Both the position numbers and the translations under genes were made by a program. The notes under the pieces are model-generated. The model worked only from the letters and a program-made list of their open reading frames with translations, ran no database searches and had not been told where the DNA came from. Of a stretch of 64,000 nt of DNA, positions 60,783 through 64,000 are shown piece by piece. Each line of letters opens with the position of its first letter. The stretch's first letter is position 1. The DNA is from Bacilli bacterium (GTDB lineage: Bacteria; Bacillota_I; Bacilli_A; ML615J-28; CAG-313): the NCBI GenBank assembly GCA_900752975.1, contig CAADXH010000098.1, forward strand, positions 58 to 64,057, in the 5' to 3' direction.

Positions 60783-62390
60783 TTATTTAACAGTTGGACC
60801 TGCTTTAACTAAAGCTTTACCAGCTGGGTTACCTTCATATTTAGCGAAATTCTTAACGAATCTGCTTGCTAAATCTTGAGCTTTTTCTTCCCATTTAGAT
60901 GGATCAGCATAAGTATCACGTGGATCCAAAATCTTAGGATCAACACCTGGAAGAGCTGTAGGTACTTCAAAATTGAAATGAGGAATCATCTTAGTAGGAG
61001 CATTTAGAATGTCACCATTAAGGATTGCATCAATAATTCCACGAGTATCACGAATAGAAATACGTTTGCCAGTTCCATTCCAACCAGTGTTAACAAGATA
61101 TGCTTTCGCTCCACTCATTTGCATCTTCTTTACTAATTCTTCTGCATATTTAGTAGGATGTAATTCTAGGAATGCTTGTCCGAAACATGCTGAGAAAGTT
61201 GGAGTAGGTTCAGTAATACCACGTTCAGTACCAGCAAGTTTTGCAGTAAAACCAGATAAGAAATAATATTGAGTTTGTTCAGGTGTTAAAATTGATACTG
61301 GAGGAAGTACTCCAAATGCATCAGCAGAAAGGAAGATAACGTTCTTTGCTGCTGGAGCTGATGATATTGGACGAACGATATTCTTAATGTGATCAATTGG
61401 ATATGATACGCGTGTATTTTCAGTTACGCTCTTATCAGCGAAATCAATTTTTCCGTCTTTATCTAATGTAACATTTTCAAGTAATGCATTACGTTTAATT
61501 GCATTGTAGATATCAGGTTCAGATTCTTTGTCAAGGTTAATAACTTTCGCATAGCATCCACCTTCAAAATTGAAGACACCATTGTCATCCCATCCGTGTT
61601 CATCATCGCCGATTAATAAACGTTTAGGATCAGTTGATAAAGTTGTTTTACCAGTTCCTGATAGACCGAAGAAAATAGCAGTATTTTTACCTTCCATATC
61701 AGTATTAGCTGAACAATGCATTGATGCAATACCTTTTAGTGGTAAATAGTAGTTCATCATTGAGAACATGCCTTTTTTCATTTCGCCACCATACCAAGTA
61801 TTGATAATAACTTGTTCACGACTAGTAATATTAAACATTACACAAGTTTCTGAATTTAAACCTAATTCTTTATAATTTTCAACTCTTGCTTTAGATGCAT
61901 TATAAACGATGAAGTCAGGCTCAAAGTTTTCTAATTCTTCATCAGTTGGTTTAATAAACATATTTCTAATAAAATGAGCTTGCCAAGCAACTTCAACGAT
62001 AAAACGTACAGCCATACGAGTGTCTTTATTAGCACCACAGAAAGCATCAACTACAAATAAACGTTTATTTGAAAGTTCCCTTAAAGCTAATTTTTTAACT
62101 TCTGCCCAAGTAGCCTCACTTGCAGGATGGTTATCATTTTTGTATTCATCTGAAGTCCACCAAACTGTGCCTTTAGAGTTTTCATCCACTACAATGTATT
62201 TGTCCTTAGGAGAACGACCAGTATAAATGCCTGTCATTACATTTACAGCACCAAGTTCACTTACTTGACCTTTTTCATAACCTTCAAGAGTTGGTTTAGT
62301 TTCTTCTTCAAAAAGCATTTCATAAGATGGATTATAGACGATTTCTTTTACGCCATTAATACCATATTTTGATAAATCTATATTTTTCAT
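60783..62390 (-). CDS. pckA: Phosphoenolpyruvate carboxykinase (ATP)
   Basis: Kinase-1a loop [11 protein letters not shown]. 535 aa with a typical N-terminus. Confidence 0.95.
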   Translation of the reverse strand: MKNIDLSKYGINGVKEIVYNPSYEMLFEEETKPTLEGYEKGQVSELGAVNVMTGIYTGRSPKDKYIVVDENSKGTVWWTSDEYKNDNHPASEATWAEVKKLALRELSNKRLFVVDAFCGANKDTRMAVRFIVEVAWQAHFIRNMFIKPTDEELENFEPDFIVYNASKARVENYKELGLNSETCVMFNITSREQVIINTWYGGEMKKGMFSMMNYYLPLKGIASMHCSANTDMEGKNTAIFFGLSGTGKTTLSTDPKRLLIGDDEHGWDDNGVFNFEGGCYAKVINLDKESEPDIYNAIKRNALLENVTLDKDGKIDFADKSVTENTRVSYPIDHIKNIVRPISSAPAAKNVIFLSADAFGVLPPVSILTPEQTQYYFLSGFTAKLAGTERGITEPTPTFSACFGQAFLELHPTKYAEELVKKMQMSGAKAYLVNTGWNGTGKRISIRDTRGIIDAILNGDILNAPTKMIPHFNFEVPTALPGVDPKILDPRDTYADPSKWEEKAQDLASRFVKNFAKYEGNPAGKALVKAGPTVK

Positions 62391-62438
62391 GTATTCCTCC
62401 TATTAAGTTACAAAAATTGCAACTTTTCTTCCAATTAT

Positions 62439-62467
62439 ATTATATCATCATTTTTCTTTTTTTTCAA
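62439..62467 (-). promoter_or_regulatory. pckA promoter (TTGAAA-17-TATAAT)
   Basis: -35 at 62462-62467 and -10 at 62439-62444 on the minus strand. RBS AGGAGG lies 6 nt before the ATG. Confidence 0.45.
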
Positions 62468-62489
62468 ATATTGTAATTATTTTTTTAAA

Positions 62490-62503
62490 TGATAACGTTT
62501 TCA
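62490..62503 (-). promoter_or_regulatory. Catabolite-responsive element (cre) upstream of the pckA promoter
   Basis: Minus-strand TGAAAACGTTATCA matches the cre consensus TGWAANCGNTNWCA at all constrained positions. Confidence 0.55.
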
Positions 62504-62572
62504 CGAAATACGCACTAAATTTTATTAACAAAAGAAAAGACTAGTCTCCTAGCCTTGTTAAATCAGACAAAA

Positions 62573-63418
62573 TTAATTTCTTGTTAATTTTGAACCACCC
62601 GATAATTTTTTGTTCTCAATAGTAGGATTACCTGAATAATACATATTACTTGAGCCAGATAATTCGACACTTAATTTATTATTAACAGTAATTTCTAAAT
62701 ATGATGCACCACTCGCGTCTACTTTTGCTTCATTTATAATAAATAAATGATCCATTAATTTAGATGCACCCGATAAATTAGCACTTAATCTTTCTGCCTT
62801 ACCTGTTACTTCCAATCTTGAGGCACCTAAAAGTGTCACATTCATAGTTTCGCCTTCAACATCTTTAAATACTCCATTTGAGGCTTCTGATAAAACTAAC
62901 TTAAAGTTTTCCATCTTTGCATTATTTCCTTCAATCGTTGAGGCACCTGAAAGGGTAGCATCTAAACTATTAATTTTTCCATTTCCTAATATAGCAACAT
63001 TACTTGCATCATGCATATCTATTGTTAATGTTTCGATATCCTCTTCTACATTAATTATTGCATTAATATAATATAAGAAATAACTTTCAAGATTATATCC
63101 ATACACATTAATTGTGACTTCGTTTGTTGCATATTTTTCAGTTTTTCCACCAATTATTTCAATTTTATCATTATCACTTGTAACATTTACGTAATCAAAT
63201 AATCTTTCTTGAGCAGTGATTGTGATAAGTTCTTTTTCTGATGGAATAATATTTAAAGTAGTTTTTATTGAATTATCATTCTTTAAATATACATCTTTTA
63301 TTTTTAAAATAGTTCCTTTTATATCTTTATATTCTTTAGTTATAACATCTCCTGTTATTTTAACTTCATGTTTAGTTAAAGTAATATTACATGATGTTAA
63401 AACAAAAAGAGCACACAT
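62573..63418 (-). CDS. DUF2807/DUF4097-like beta-solenoid lipoprotein (putative adhesin head-domain fold)
   Basis: Lipobox LTSC after the internal Met MCALFVL. Repeated xLSGASxL / VxxSGAS motifs (LLGASRLEV, LSGASKL, ASGASYLEI, LSGSSNM). Confidence 0.6.
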   Translation of the reverse strand: MCALFVLTSCNITLTKHEVKITGDVITKEYKDIKGTILKIKDVYLKNDNSIKTTLNIIPSEKELITITAQERLFDYVNVTSDNDKIEIIGGKTEKYATNEVTINVYGYNLESYFLYYINAIINVEEDIETLTIDMHDASNVAILGNGKINSLDATLSGASTIEGNNAKMENFKLVLSEASNGVFKDVEGETMNVTLLGASRLEVTGKAERLSANLSGASKLMDHLFIINEAKVDASGASYLEITVNNKLSVELSGSSNMYYSGNPTIENKKLSGGSKLTRN

Positions 63419-63544
63419 AAACTTATTAAAGTCATTAATTTTTTCATTTTCATACCTCAAAACAATAATTTGCGCTATGATTATACCAAATTATGGGAAA
63501 AAGAGCAAGGAAAAAAGTCAGTTTAAAACTGACTTATACTCTTA

Positions 63545-63934
63545 TTACTTAAAATCTTTAACTGCTTGATCAGAACCGTAAATTACCCACTTACCAGCTA
63601 CTACAACACCTGATTCGTAACCATTATTTTTGACATATTCTTCCACCTTAGAACTTGCTTTTTTTGCTTGTGATTTTTCAGCAAATAATATAGCTACTAG
63701 TGATTCAACAGTTTTGTCATCTTTAGATTTTGAACATGTTAAAAATGTTTCAACACCTTCTACTCTTAGTATTTTCAAAGCAGCAGGAATACCAGTGCCA
63801 TCTGTAGCAACAGTATAGCCTTTACCTTCCATTTTTTTTCTTCCAGCTGCAGCATCTTTAGGTGCACATGAAACTAATGTAAATAAAAATGCCACAACTA
63901 ATAAAATTGATGATAATCTAAATACTTTTTTCAT
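63545..63934 (-). CDS. Small hypothetical lipoprotein
   Basis: Signal peptide with lipobox LVSC. 129 aa. No motif recognised. Confidence 0.5.
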   Translation of the reverse strand: MKKVFRLSSILLVVAFLFTLVSCAPKDAAAGRKKMEGKGYTVATDGTGIPAALKILRVEGVETFLTCSKSKDDKTVESLVAILFAEKSQAKKASSKVEEYVKNNGYESGVVVAGKWVIYGSDQAVKDFK

Positions 63935-64000
63935 TTTAATAATCTCCTTCCTCTTTTTTATAATATAATTATACTCTTTTTATTCACAAAAATCAATACT

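Noticed and set aside
1-64000. CRISPR arrays, tRNA/rRNA genes, transposases, integrases or phage genes
   Set aside because: There are no regularly spaced repeat-spacer arrays. Nothing cloverleaf-like appears in the intergenic regions. No DDE or tyrosine-recombinase-like ORFs are present. The only repeats are the 23-bp x4 and 75-bp x2 arrays described above.

Overview
This is an AT-rich (about 30% GC) stretch of a low-GC Gram-positive anaerobe (Clostridia or Erysipelotrichia-like). Every convincing gene is on the minus strand. I saw no rRNA, tRNA, CRISPR array or obvious mobile element.

Gene content from 3' to 5' along the window:
- A giant 1311-aa surface protein whose reading frame continues through a single TAA into an upstream lipoprotein signal-peptide ORF, so this looks like an interrupted gene.
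- A COG1373/DUF4143 AAA+ ATPase preceded by a 4 x 23-bp tandem repeat array.
- A complete V-type ATPase operon (ntpG-I-K-E-C-F-A-B-D) with ktrA-ktrB immediately upstream.
- A two-domain membrane protein, a secreted subtilisin-like S8 peptidase, and an anti-sigma/ECF sigma pair. The sigma pair sits behind an unusual 700-bp leader that carries a tandem 75-bp repeat and an inverted-repeat pair.
- A large lipoprotein 5'-nucleotidase, a cupin, and a trimeric bifurcating-type [FeFe] hydrogenase operon (hydC-hydB-hydA). Its catalytic subunit has a TSCSP variant of the L1 H-cluster motif.
- A lipoprotein pseudogene with three in-frame stops.
- Three nucleobase permease genes, one behind an intact guanine riboswitch and one behind a decayed copy.
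- MntP, a TetR plus ABC-2 exporter, a BMP-family nucleoside ABC transporter, and a CAT-family acetyltransferase.
- A tightly packed nine-gene array: rex-adhE-(APH-fold kinase)-2x thioredoxin-like [2Fe-2S] ferredoxin-hydS (PAS-containing sensory [FeFe] hydrogenase)-PP2C phosphatase-second [FeFe]-hydrogenase-like gene.
- LysR, YfcE phosphodiesterase, a BspA-type LRR protein, pckA with a cre site, a DUF2807 lipoprotein and a small lipoprotein.

The most interesting candidate system is the Rex/AdhE/sensory-hydrogenase/phosphatase/kinase supra-operon. It looks like an H2/NADH-sensing phospho-regulatory module wired directly to fermentation genes.
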